A DNA stretch of 64,000 nt, taken from IMG/VR virus record IMGVR_UViG_3300027286_000002. One strand, 5' to 3'. The position numbers were made by a program, and so were the translations under genes. Below the pieces are notes generated by a model. That model did no database searches. It had not been told where the DNA came from and saw nothing but the letters and a program-made list of their open reading frames with translations. Source of the stretch: a virus (Duplodnaviria; Caudoviricetes). Every line of letters begins with the position of its first letter. Position 1 is the first letter of the stretch. Below, piece after piece: positions 9,709-19,591 of this stretch.

Positions 9709-12700
9709 TTATTTATTGCCTTTCTTGCTTAGATCAAAAGGATTTAAAACAGGTTTCAAATCACCTCTCAATACTGCAATTTCTTTTTGTGTATTTTCTA
9801 AAGTTTTTTCATTTTCTAGTTCTTTAGTAATAGTAGTAAAAAGAGCATCGTCTTGTACTGCTAACATTCCCATTAAACTTTCAGATGATACTTCTTGATC
9901 TTCATCTGCATACTTTTTAGATGCTAATTTCATAGATGAAAGTTCAGGATTATTTTCTTTAAACATTTTTAAACTATCTAGAATAGCTACTCTTTCATTC
10001 ATATTAGCTTTGACAAGAACTTCTTTTAAGTCTTTCATATAAGTTTTTACAAGAGTAGATTTTTCTGATTTTGTTAACTGTGTTAAGATTTGATCTCTAA
10101 AGAACAAAAACCAACATTCAGTACTTTTAGTATCAAATGGATCTGTAGGTGCTGATAAATATTCTTCTAAAGTTTCAAAGCCTGCCTCTTTAACTTTTGC
10201 ATCTACATATTTAGTTAAATGCTTATATGACTTAGAATTGTCATCTAAAGATAAAGTAAGTTTTGTAGTACTACCAAAGAATTTCCATAGTTCTTCACCT
10301 GCTTTAACAACATTACCTTCAGAATCTGTAAAAGTGATTGCATAAAGATCTAAAAGACTATAAGTTTGTTGCTTGTAAACATCTGTCATTTCGGAAACAA
10401 GATAATAACATTTAGCTAGTTTTAAAAGCCACCAACCTGCACCATCTCTAAGGAAAGTAACAATTTGATGTTTTTGTTGAGAATTAAGTCCTTTAGTATC
10501 AGGATTTTTTAGTTTTGAAATTAAATCCAAAACACTTTCTTTATCTACTTTTACATCTACTGCTTTTGTTTTTAAACTTGCATTGTGTTCTTCGACTTTT
10601 TCAATATAGTTTTTCAATTCTTCCTGAAAAACCAATTGTGATTGTGCATCATTTCCTGCTGGTAGTGGTGAAACTAGATTAGTTGGATTTAAGAATTTTA
10701 ATACCAAATCAAAATTCTGTTGTAAAGGAGGATACTGTAGTGTAAGTATTAGCACAGTAGCATCATATCCAAACTTGGGCCAGATATAATAACCAATCAT
10801 AGGATTATGTCCTTGACCTTTTTTACCAAGTCCTGTTTCAGGATCAAAGCTATTAAAAGAACCACCACCATCTGTTACAAGTTCTTTTTTACCTGCCTTT
10901 TTACAAGCTACTAATTGAGAAAACAATGCTTTGTTTCCAATACTCTTTGGGGCACAAGTTGTTGTAAAAAACTCACAATTTTTTACTGAATCAGAATTGA
11001 CTGCTCTAATTTGTGATGCAATCCAATCGCCTTTTAACCTAATATGCTTTACATCAGGTACAGAAACACTACTTGTAATTTCAGCAGGTGTTACATTCAA
11101 AACACCTGATATACCTGAAACATCTAACTTTTCTTTCAATTCAGGTGTCAATACAGTAGTGCCTAATTGTTGTAGTATAGTTTTAATTGATGGATGATTA
11201 AAACGATTTGGATCTAAAACTGTATGCTTAACAGGATCTTCCTTCTTATTCTTAAAGTATTCATCAATTTCATTTGATGCTTCTCTTGTAGGCAAAATCG
11301 CTCTTGTAAATTCTTCTAAGTTTGGTGTTGTCATTTTATCACTTACAACACCATGTTCAATCGCACTGTAGTTTTCAGATAACTTGATAGCACCACTTTT
11401 TTTAATAATGTCATTAAAGAACTTCTGATCTGTTTCATGTACTAGACCTCTCAATTCATCTATTGACACTGTTGGTTTGCCTTTTTCATCATTAGGTGCT
11501 ACTGCATCTACCATCACTTCAAGAACTTCATTCTCCTGTCCTTGTCTAAATGCTCTTGCTGTTCTTTGCTTAATTTCTTCACTATCCCAACCATCTCTAT
11601 CTAAATGCACAACAGCTTTAAATTTTTGTAAATTAAATCCTCTTGCATAAGATGAATTACATACCATTGTAACTACTTGATCATTTTCTGCAATAAAGTT
11701 CTTAACAATCTTAATTGCCCATGTCATATCTACAGGCATATTTTTTACAGAAGGTTTAGCTACTGCACCTGTCTTTGACATTCTTTCTCTTTCAATCGCT
11801 TCAATTTGTTCTTCTGTTAAACGATTGATCTTAAAATTCTCTACATTGGTTTTTTTAGTAGCACGACCTTTCTTTAAAGGAACACCTGCCTGATAAAACA
11901 CAATCATATTAGATAAACAAAGAGCATGAATTTTTGTACGATGTCTCATAGAAATAGAAATGACTGTTTGTTTTGCTACATCATTATCTTCTGTGAAATA
12001 AATTGTTCGTTTAGATTCCTGTAAGAATTTAGTAGCTAAAGCTGTTGCTTGTTCTACCTTTGGATTTACAAAAGTATAAGTTTTTGGCTCAATGCCTTTC
12101 ATCTTATTATATTTTGCCATTGCTTTATGTGGATTTAAACTAAACAAGTGTAATAAAGCAATCTTATCCTTTAAATTACCAACTGCAATATCTTTTTCTT
12201 TTTGCAAGGTTACTGAAATATCTTCAGCATTTTGTGTCAATAAAGCAGAATACCTGTCTTTCATTTCTTTAAGCTGGTTTTTAATGCCACTTGCTACTTC
12301 TACATATGCCTTACCTACTTCAGGTGGCATATTTACAGCTGTGTTTAATTTCACTAAAGGTTTAAGTTGTTTTTTACCTACTGCCTCGTAATCCACATCC
12401 ATCTTATCTGCAAAGTAAGCATTTTGCTTTAACCAAATATTAAATTGATGTCTTGCTTCAGGTTTAATACCTACAAACTTGCCACCAATATTGATTGCAT
12501 ATTTATCTGCAAATGCTTTTTCTTTTGCAGGTTCAATAGGATTACCTGTAGATAAAGATACAAATCTAAATAAATCCATAGGTGATGTTTCTAATGCAGA
12601 TGCAGTTAGTAAAATCTTTCTTTTATGTTTTACTCCACTAATCGCTTGTGCTTTCTTTCCTGTTAAGGCTTCATTCACTTCATCAAAAATCATGCAGTAA

Positions 12701-15555
12701 TATTCATTTTCAAAATCAAACTTGCTTTCGTACATCTTAACAAATTCGGTATATCCAATTTCTTTTGCACGACTATCAATCTTTTTTTCTACATTCCCAG
12801 CTAATCCATCTGCTACATCTTCTGTTAAAAACTTTCTCACTTCACTTAAAAAGTTTCCTCTTAAAGCATCAGGACCCACAATTAAAAACTTTGCATCCTT
12901 TTCTTTTTTTGATCCCAATTGCATTGCAGTCACACCTACTAAGGTTTTACCTACACCTGTGTCTAATGCCATCACACCTTTTAAATCATTTGCATCTAAC
13001 CAAGCTAATGCCTCAACTTGCTTATTGTTAAATACAATGTTATCTTTAAATCCACCTATTGATACAGGTTTATATTTTTCTAAATTCTGTGCATTTAATG
13101 CTTTGTCTTTCTGTAAGACAATACCATAATACTTTTCTAATTCTTCATGTGCTTTTCTAGTCATCAAACAAGATCCTAAAGAATCTTTGATTGACTCATA
13201 ATCATCACCATCAAAATAATAAGTTACTCTTGTACCACTAATATTTTCAATTTCTTCAACTGATGCTCTTGTCTTCTTTAAATTCTTTAAAGCACCTCTT
13301 TCACCTTTAAAAGCATCACCTTTTGGTAATGCAATTACAAACCTGCCTTTAAACCATGTGATATATGGTTCTTCCAAAACATTATAATTGATCTTAATAT
13401 CACCACTCTCTACTTTAATACCTTCATAGATATTAATAATTTTACCATTTGCTCCAACAGAATAACATTTATTTTCGCTTGTTAATCTTCCTGTTGCATT
13501 TGCTAAATCTTCCACAGAGAAACCTTTCATTGGTCCCCTTGTGATAATATCTTTAGTAACACCTTTAATAGTAGTAGTCTTTACTTTGACCCAATGTGCA
13601 AATCTTAAAGGATTTGATGCCTTTGGTGTTGTATCATCAGATAATTCTACTTCTCTTTCTTCGCCCGGAAGTGCATCTACTACTGAATCAGGTAAATGAT
13701 CTATCACAATAGGTGGAATATTCATATCCAAATCTTCTGTTAATGGAATAGGATTTCCAATCTCATCAAATTTAAGTGTACCATCTTTTTTGGTTTCATA
13801 TTTAGGTACAGGCTCACCATTTTTAAAAATTACATTTCCTAATTCATCTTTTTCATAAATCACTCTTCTCTTGATATGCTTAAAGATTAATTGCTTTTGT
13901 TGTACTTCTTCACCATTTTGGTTTGTTACTGTAATCGTTCTGATTTCAGGAAAAGCATCTCTTAAAACCTTTGACTTAATTTGGACATCAAATTTCTTTT
14001 GTTGATAAACTTCATATGCAGATAAACCATTTTCGGATTCAATCACACCTAGCTTTTCACTATAAATGGTATGTGCTTTATCTAAAAAGTTCTTTTGTTC
14101 TTCTTTGATAGCTACCTTTAAAGTTTTACCTTTGACAATAGAATTTGGTTTTTCAAGTTCTTTAAGCTGTCCATATAATTGCTTTACTGCTCGCTTATTG
14201 ATTTGCATATCTGAATCAATAATTTCTTTTTCCATATTATATTCATCTAAAACATATTTAAATGAAGGCACATCCACTAAAGACACTAATTTTTCAAACA
14301 TCTCTTTATATGGATCTTGATCAATATCCCAACCTTGACTCAGAAAATAGTTTTGGCAAATTTGAGATAGCTTAAGATTACTATCAATCTTAAATTGCTT
14401 AAATTTTGTGATCAATGGTTTTAAAGATAGACCAATTGGTACAATATTGTTTTTTGCTATCATATATTCCATAAGATTAGCAAAGGTCAAATCCATATCT
14501 GTTTGAGATAAAATCTTTTTAATTACATCTTCTGTTGTACCTACGACTGATGTACTTAATAATTTGGCACTTAACTTCTTTTTAGCTAATTGATCCATTT
14601 TTACTAAGTAATCTTCTTCTTTGACTTCCGACATCGTATCAATGTCTAAATCAACAGGCAAATTCATTGTCTGTAAAAAGTCTAGTTTTCTTTTTTTAAT
14701 AACACCTGCAATCGTAGGCATATTTTTTGGATCATTTAAATATAAATCAAGACGATCACCATCTTCTAATTTAACTTCTGTAAATGCTCCGATTCCTGAT
14801 AACTTAGTCTTTAATTGAGCTTTTTCATACTCAACATATTTCTTCTTAATCGTATTTGCATTTTCTGCAATCACAACAGCAGGTATTGCTCCTGATACTT
14901 CTTTAAACACATCGTATTTTACACCTGTGCTTGTTACTTTTTGTGTGATCTCATATTGCAAACCTTTTGCTTTGCAAATTAAAGCAATCCATCCTGATAA
15001 TGACTTCAAACTTTCTTTGAAAAATGCTTGCTTACCTAAACGATTTGCCACATCAAAAGCACCTGCCATTAAAACAACTTTAGCTTTCTTAAAGACTTCT
15101 TCTTGTGAATTACTTGTTGGATTTCCTTGTCTCACAATGAACTCTAAATATCCTTCCCATACCTTTTGTAAATTCGTTTCAATGAAAGCATCTACTTTTT
15201 GAATATTTACTTTCAAGTCAATCCAAAGGTTTTTCAATTCCTCATCTTGTTCTTTTTCTCTGAAAAATCCCAAATAATACAGATATGCTTTTTCCATATC
15301 TTCATCTAAAGACCACTTAACTAAAGACTTATCTTTCGCTACCTGTGATACTCGATCATTAATATAATCGATTAAGTAATCTTCAAACTCTACCAATTGC
15401 TGGTAGTGATTAAAAACATAATTGCCATTTCCTTCGATCTTGCCTCTAGTAGTATCTCTACTAGACAATTGTGGAACTTTAAAAGCTAATAGAAAATTAG
15501 ATTTAAATGGATTGGCACTGCGATTTGGATTGTTTATCAATTTCACAACAGGCAT
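9709..15555 (-). CDS. Giant SNF2/SF2 helicase-domain protein (1948 aa) with a C-terminal GNAT-like region
   Basis: MALDTGVGKT (Walker A), IFDEVN (Walker B), LLTASALET, RGFNLQ...HLD..W....QRTARAFRQGQ; later PKSIGNKAL...GYYIWPKFGYDA. Confidence 0.8.
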   Translation of the reverse strand: MPVVKLINNPNRSANPFKSNFLLAFKVPQLSSRDTTRGKIEGNGNYVFNHYQQLVEFEDYLIDYINDRVSQVAKDKSLVKWSLDEDMEKAYLYYLGFFREKEQDEELKNLWIDLKVNIQKVDAFIETNLQKVWEGYLEFIVRQGNPTSNSQEEVFKKAKVVLMAGAFDVANRLGKQAFFKESLKSLSGWIALICKAKGLQYEITQKVTSTGVKYDVFKEVSGAIPAVVIAENANTIKKKYVEYEKAQLKTKLSGIGAFTEVKLEDGDRLDLYLNDPKNMPTIAGVIKKRKLDFLQTMNLPVDLDIDTMSEVKEEDYLVKMDQLAKKKLSAKLLSTSVVGTTEDVIKKILSQTDMDLTFANLMEYMIAKNNIVPIGLSLKPLITKFKQFKIDSNLKLSQICQNYFLSQGWDIDQDPYKEMFEKLVSLVDVPSFKYVLDEYNMEKEIIDSDMQINKRAVKQLYGQLKELEKPNSIVKGKTLKVAIKEEQKNFLDKAHTIYSEKLGVIESENGLSAYEVYQQKKFDVQIKSKVLRDAFPEIRTITVTNQNGEEVQQKQLIFKHIKRRVIYEKDELGNVIFKNGEPVPKYETKKDGTLKFDEIGNPIPLTEDLDMNIPPIVIDHLPDSVVDALPGEEREVELSDDTTPKASNPLRFAHWVKVKTTTIKGVTKDIITRGPMKGFSVEDLANATGRLTSENKCYSVGANGKIINIYEGIKVESGDIKINYNVLEEPYITWFKGRFVIALPKGDAFKGERGALKNLKKTRASVEEIENISGTRVTYYFDGDDYESIKDSLGSCLMTRKAHEELEKYYGIVLQKDKALNAQNLEKYKPVSIGGFKDNIVFNNKQVEALAWLDANDLKGVMALDTGVGKTLVGVTAMQLGSKKEKDAKFLIVGPDALRGNFLSEVRKFLTEDVADGLAGNVEKKIDSRAKEIGYTEFVKMYESKFDFENEYYCMIFDEVNEALTGKKAQAISGVKHKRKILLTASALETSPMDLFRFVSLSTGNPIEPAKEKAFADKYAINIGGKFVGIKPEARHQFNIWLKQNAYFADKMDVDYEAVGKKQLKPLVKLNTAVNMPPEVGKAYVEVASGIKNQLKEMKDRYSALLTQNAEDISVTLQKEKDIAVGNLKDKIALLHLFSLNPHKAMAKYNKMKGIEPKTYTFVNPKVEQATALATKFLQESKRTIYFTEDNDVAKQTVISISMRHRTKIHALCLSNMIVFYQAGVPLKKGRATKKTNVENFKINRLTEEQIEAIERERMSKTGAVAKPSVKNMPVDMTWAIKIVKNFIAENDQVVTMVCNSSYARGFNLQKFKAVVHLDRDGWDSEEIKQRTARAFRQGQENEVLEVMVDAVAPNDEKGKPTVSIDELRGLVHETDQKFFNDIIKKSGAIKLSENYSAIEHGVVSDKMTTPNLEEFTRAILPTREASNEIDEYFKNKKEDPVKHTVLDPNRFNHPSIKTILQQLGTTVLTPELKEKLDVSGISGVLNVTPAEITSSVSVPDVKHIRLKGDWIASQIRAVNSDSVKNCEFFTTTCAPKSIGNKALFSQLVACKKAGKKELVTDGGGSFNSFDPETGLGKKGQGHNPMIGYYIWPKFGYDATVLILTLQYPPLQQNFDLVLKFLNPTNLVSPLPAGNDAQSQLVFQEELKNYIEKVEEHNASLKTKAVDVKVDKESVLDLISKLKNPDTKGLNSQQKHQIVTFLRDGAGWWLLKLAKCYYLVSEMTDVYKQQTYSLLDLYAITFTDSEGNVVKAGEELWKFFGSTTKLTLSLDDNSKSYKHLTKYVDAKVKEAGFETLEEYLSAPTDPFDTKSTECWFLFFRDQILTQLTKSEKSTLVKTYMKDLKEVLVKANMNERVAILDSLKMFKENNPELSSMKLASKKYADEDQEVSSESLMGMLAVQDDALFTTITKELENEKTLENTQKEIAVLRGDLKPVLNPFDLSKKGNK

Positions 15556-15624
15556 TTTGCTTATCCTTTGTTTTAAGTGAAAATATGCTCTTTTATAATT
15601 ATGCTTGTAAATATAGATTTAATA

Positions 15625-16005
15625 TTAAATTTTCTCAATCTCATTCGTAATAGATAACTTGTCTGTACGATCCATCATAAACCATTCCACACTCACAGGT
15701 TCAAATTGTGCAAACTTTGCAAACACTGTTTCTTTGTCAAATTCCTTGCATGAATATACATCCAATTGAATTAAGCCGGGCACTGCTTCATCCCACACAT
15801 GAATCGCAATATGTGATGTTTCAATAATAGTCACTGCTGTTAAACCTCTATTGCCTGCCTTGTCAAGATACACAGCATGGGGTCCACTTAAAATCTTCAT
15901 GTCAATCGCTTGGATCAAATCCTTTAACCATGATTCAATCACATCTGTTGCCATAGGTGGCTTATTTACATAAGCACGGATTACAATATGTTGGTGTTGT
16001 AGCAT
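15625..16005 (-). CDS. speD: Pyruvoyl-dependent S-adenosylmethionine decarboxylase family proenzyme
   Basis: GLTAVTIIETSHIAIHVWDE and QLDVYSC motifs, 126 aa. Confidence 0.85.
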   Translation of the reverse strand: MLQHQHIVIRAYVNKPPMATDVIESWLKDLIQAIDMKILSGPHAVYLDKAGNRGLTAVTIIETSHIAIHVWDEAVPGLIQLDVYSCKEFDKETVFAKFAQFEPVSVEWFMMDRTDKLSITNEIEKI

Positions 16006-16076
16006 TTTACTACGACCTTTCTTTTTCTATTAAAAAAAATGAGTTTTTGCTTTATACAAATTTCTTTTAATCATTA

Positions 16077-16511
16077 TTAAAATTCTAACATCCGAACCAC
16101 TATATATCCCATTCGCCATGCTTGTATTAAATTCCTCTTTACCATACTCACATCACCATCTACACTAAAACACTCAGGACAATCCTTATTCCTAAAATCA
16201 CATTTTACTGTATATGATGGACATCCTTTCTTATCTGCACATACACTATTCTTTATCGGTATTAACTTTAAACATCCTTTCGGATCTCTTAATCCCTGCG
16301 ACTGCATTAATGTTTTCGCATCACCTCTTAATGCTCTGTCTATCACTTCCTCTGATATGACAGGCAATAATCTTTCCCATTCACTATCTTTTAATTCTAT
16401 ATACTCACCCCAATTGTCTACATTCTCTTTTGGTATTATTCTAGCTACCTTTGGATTACCATATCTCTCATCTGTTATCACACAAAAGATCATTCCATTT
16501 TCTCTATACAT
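16077..16511 (-). CDS. Hypothetical Cys-rich protein
   Basis: In the co-oriented replication operon; several Cys (CxxC-like) in the C-terminal half. Confidence 0.7.
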   Translation of the reverse strand: MYRENGMIFCVITDERYGNPKVARIIPKENVDNWGEYIELKDSEWERLLPVISEEVIDRALRGDAKTLMQSQGLRDPKGCLKLIPIKNSVCADKKGCPSYTVKCDFRNKDCPECFSVDGDVSMVKRNLIQAWRMGYIVVRMLEF

Positions 16512-16513
16512 TT

Positions 16514-16882
16514 TTAATTATATCCTTTTTTCTTATCTTCTATTGCCTTTACTGACTGCTCTACCATGTCTTGATCAAATATATCATGATCTGTGATCTG
16601 CTCTAATACCTTTTTACTTGCACATAAAATATAAGATAAGATTTTGGTTTGACCTTCTTCATTATTCACTATTAACTTATGATGTGGCAAAACATGAAAT
16701 ATATTTAAAAGCTGTCCTATCTTAATCCATACATTTAATAATTCCTGTTCACCTTCAAAATCATTTTGTCCAAAGTAATATGTCTGTGCTAACTGTGATA
16801 TTAAAAACTCAAATCCTTCTTGATTAAATACATCACTCGGTAGTAGTTCTTTATCTTCTTCATTGTTGTCTGTCATTTTCAA
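16514..16882 (-). CDS. Hypothetical protein
   Basis: Overlaps the upstream CHC2 gene; operon context. Confidence 0.7.
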   Translation of the reverse strand: MKMTDNNEEDKELLPSDVFNQEGFEFLISQLAQTYYFGQNDFEGEQELLNVWIKIGQLLNIFHVLPHHKLIVNNEEGQTKILSYILCASKKVLEQITDHDIFDQDMVEQSVKAIEDKKKGYN

Positions 16883-17384
16883 GTTTCCTGTATATCTTTA
16901 TCCATAGTTCAGGTTCTGTCTTTTTGGCAAACAATAAAAAATCTACTGCTTCCCATAACTTTAAACATTCCTTTAAAGATAATACTTTTTCTTTTGTAAT
17001 CCTTGACAACTTATTTATTGTTTTCGCCTGCCAATCAATTTCACTATCTTCTATATCCACATCTTTAAACACATCAGGTTTCTCATATTCCTGCCATTCG
17101 CTTAAACCATATTTCTTTTCTATCATCCTGCAAGCTACATTAAATTCCACACCTTCTTTTTCCATTACTGTTGATACTACATCTCTTACCTTGCCACAAG
17201 CAAAGCAATACCATGTCTTTGTATTATGGTAATATCTTGCACTAGGTTTTGTATCTACACCACTACCATGTAAATCACATGAAAATTGTTGATCAGATCC
17301 ATTCGTTCTTACATTATATCCATAAGCACCTAACACTTGATCTAAAGGTACTTGGTTTTTAATACGATCTGATCTTTTACTCAT
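16860..17384 (-). CDS. Stand-alone CHC2 zinc-finger (primase zinc-binding domain) protein
   Basis: FSCDLHG..DTKPSA.....WYCFACGK..DVVS.VMEKEGVEFNVA matches the DnaG ZBD pattern CPFH..E.TPS...F.CFGCG; adjacent to dnaB. Confidence 0.8.
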   Translation of the reverse strand: MSKRSDRIKNQVPLDQVLGAYGYNVRTNGSDQQFSCDLHGSGVDTKPSARYYHNTKTWYCFACGKVRDVVSTVMEKEGVEFNVACRMIEKKYGLSEWQEYEKPDVFKDVDIEDSEIDWQAKTINKLSRITKEKVLSLKECLKLWEAVDFLLFAKKTEPELWIKIYRKLENDRQQ

Positions 17385-17388
17385 TTTT

Positions 17389-18897
17389 CTATATCACATC
17401 TGTTAATGGATCTGCTTTTGCATTACCTGTTAATGGCAATAATGACAAATTATCACTGTTTGTGATTTTACCTGCAGGAAACAAAATGTTTGCATTAAAT
17501 GTAGGAAAGCCTGCTTGATCTCTACTCTTTAAACATTGATACTTAATTTGTTTCTGTTCTCTCACATCATTACCAAACCAATTTGCTATCACTATATCTG
17601 CTGATCGTTCTGCTTCATTTGCATAAGACAAGTGTGTTAATTGATACTCACCATTCTTTTTAAGAGCATCATTATAGCCATCACGACTAATCTGAAATAA
17701 ACATAACACAGGAATACCTTGACCACGATTAAAATTCATTGCCATTCTCTTTAAATCTCTAATGACTTCATTTAATCTTTCTGTGGTTGATCCATATTTA
17801 GTTCTACTTGCTAGTAACAAAGCATGGTCTACTACGATCAAATCTATCTTTTCTTTTTGACTTAATAACTCTGCTTTTGCTCTTAAATCTTCTACTGTGA
17901 AATCAAAGCTATCAGGATTATCTCCTTCTATATGAATTGCTCCATATTCACCATTTTCTCTACATTTCTTTAAATCAGGTACTACATAATTAAAAAAGAA
18001 ATCTTTCTCTTCTGCTGTTAGCTTGCCACCACGAACTTTAGATGGATCAATCCCTTCATATAATTCTACATTAGGTTTCTGTAATCCTAATGCTAAACGA
18101 ATATTCTTAAATTTAGAATGACAAGAATGAATACAATAAATTGATCTTCTTACTTGTGGATAGTGCATTTCTAATGAGAAATATAAAGTATTGGTCTTAT
18201 CCCAAGTAGCTTGTGAATATGCCCAATTTAATGCTGTCTTTGATTTAGCATGACCTGTAAAGCCAGCTAAAATATATAACTCTTTTTTTCTAAATCCACC
18301 TATCGCATCATCTATAATCTTAATACCTGTTGTAGGAATGACTTCTCTACCTGCCTCTTCTGCTTTTTGATATTCTTCTGCAAGGTCTTCTACATCTGTT
18401 AATACTTCACCACCTAGCTTTGATCCAAATGTAGGTGTCATCACTTCTACTAACTTATTAGATAAGAAACGACCTGCATCTCTTGCTCCTTTAAGAATAG
18501 TTTTATGGTTGCCTTTTTCTTTGACTTCTAAACCACTTTTAATAATTGTCTTAACATCTGTAATGGTATTTGACAATTTAATGATACGAGCCTCTTCTAC
18601 AAGGTTTTCAATTTCACTTAGGAAATTACCTTTATAGATAGGTGTAATAGATGCTAATGCACGAACACGATCTGAACATTCAAATTCATTTTGTGTTTCA
18701 AAGTGTTGTGTAATAGTAGCATGATCAGGTAAATGTCCGTGATTTGACATAAAACCTTTTACATAAGACCAAATCGCATTATCTTCTTTTGTTTCAAAGT
18801 TAAAAATGCTTTCTCTTAATGCCATGTAATTCATCTGCATTTGATTAATATCATCACCTAATCTTTGATCAGGCAATATACTTCTTAAAATCTTCAT
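17389..18897 (-). CDS. dnaB: Replicative DnaB-like helicase
   Basis: PTTGIKIIDDAIGGF, ILAGFTGHAKS, YFSLEM, IVVDHALLL, LFQISR, EAERSADIVI, CLKSR. Confidence 0.85.
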   Translation of the reverse strand: MKILRSILPDQRLGDDINQMQMNYMALRESIFNFETKEDNAIWSYVKGFMSNHGHLPDHATITQHFETQNEFECSDRVRALASITPIYKGNFLSEIENLVEEARIIKLSNTITDVKTIIKSGLEVKEKGNHKTILKGARDAGRFLSNKLVEVMTPTFGSKLGGEVLTDVEDLAEEYQKAEEAGREVIPTTGIKIIDDAIGGFRKKELYILAGFTGHAKSKTALNWAYSQATWDKTNTLYFSLEMHYPQVRRSIYCIHSCHSKFKNIRLALGLQKPNVELYEGIDPSKVRGGKLTAEEKDFFFNYVVPDLKKCRENGEYGAIHIEGDNPDSFDFTVEDLRAKAELLSQKEKIDLIVVDHALLLASRTKYGSTTERLNEVIRDLKRMAMNFNRGQGIPVLCLFQISRDGYNDALKKNGEYQLTHLSYANEAERSADIVIANWFGNDVREQKQIKYQCLKSRDQAGFPTFNANILFPAGKITNSDNLSLLPLTGNAKADPLTDVI

Positions 18898-18910
18898 GTT
18901 TTCTTATCTC

Positions 18911-19591
18911 TTAAATTTTAAGTGTTGGTACTTTTTTGTTTTCAACTTCTTGTTGCTCTACAAGTCTTATATTATTCCATCCTAATAATACATCTTCTAC
19001 ACCTCTTGACCATGCAATATGTCCTTCACATAATGGTCTGTTTGGATCAACTACAATCCAAGTAGGTTTATTAAGATGTTGTCTTAATTCTATTGTTTCT
19101 ATTAAGACTTCAGGCATAGCTGAATTTCTTGCCATCTTAACACCTAATCTCACTATTAAAAGACTTGGTGCTTCAGCCATATCTTCTAAACCACGAACTG
19201 TAATTTCTCTAGTGAAATCAGGATCAATAATATCACTTTGTGCTAATGAGATATTAGAAAGCCATGCACTCATTAAATTTGCATCAGATACAACTTTAAT
19301 AAAAAAGCTAGGATTCTTTTCTAAAAAGATTGCTCCTTTCAGATGAGAACATAATTCTGTTTTCTCTGCATGAACAATAATGTTTTCTTTTAGTTTACCT
19401 TTTAAAGGTGTAGCTTTTTTCGCTGGAAATTGACTTAAACCTGTCCAAGCTCTTTCACATTGATTTTTCAAATGTTCTTTTAATACACATGAACATTGAG
19501 CCATGATAGGTTCATTTCTATAATATTGACCACTAGGTACTAAACCTATGCCACCACATTTTTCACAAACTTTAGCCATTGTCTTTTGCAT
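18911..19591 (-). CDS. DnaC/IstB-like helicase loader with degenerate ATPase motifs
   Basis: N-terminal CEKCGG...CSC zinc motif; SLLIVRLG at the LLIIDDLG position; ELRQHLNKPTWI; directly upstream of dnaB; no GxxGxGK. Confidence 0.5.
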   Translation of the reverse strand: MQKTMAKVCEKCGGIGLVPSGQYYRNEPIMAQCSCVLKEHLKNQCERAWTGLSQFPAKKATPLKGKLKENIIVHAEKTELCSHLKGAIFLEKNPSFFIKVVSDANLMSAWLSNISLAQSDIIDPDFTREITVRGLEDMAEAPSLLIVRLGVKMARNSAMPEVLIETIELRQHLNKPTWIVVDPNRPLCEGHIAWSRGVEDVLLGWNNIRLVEQQEVENKKVPTLKI

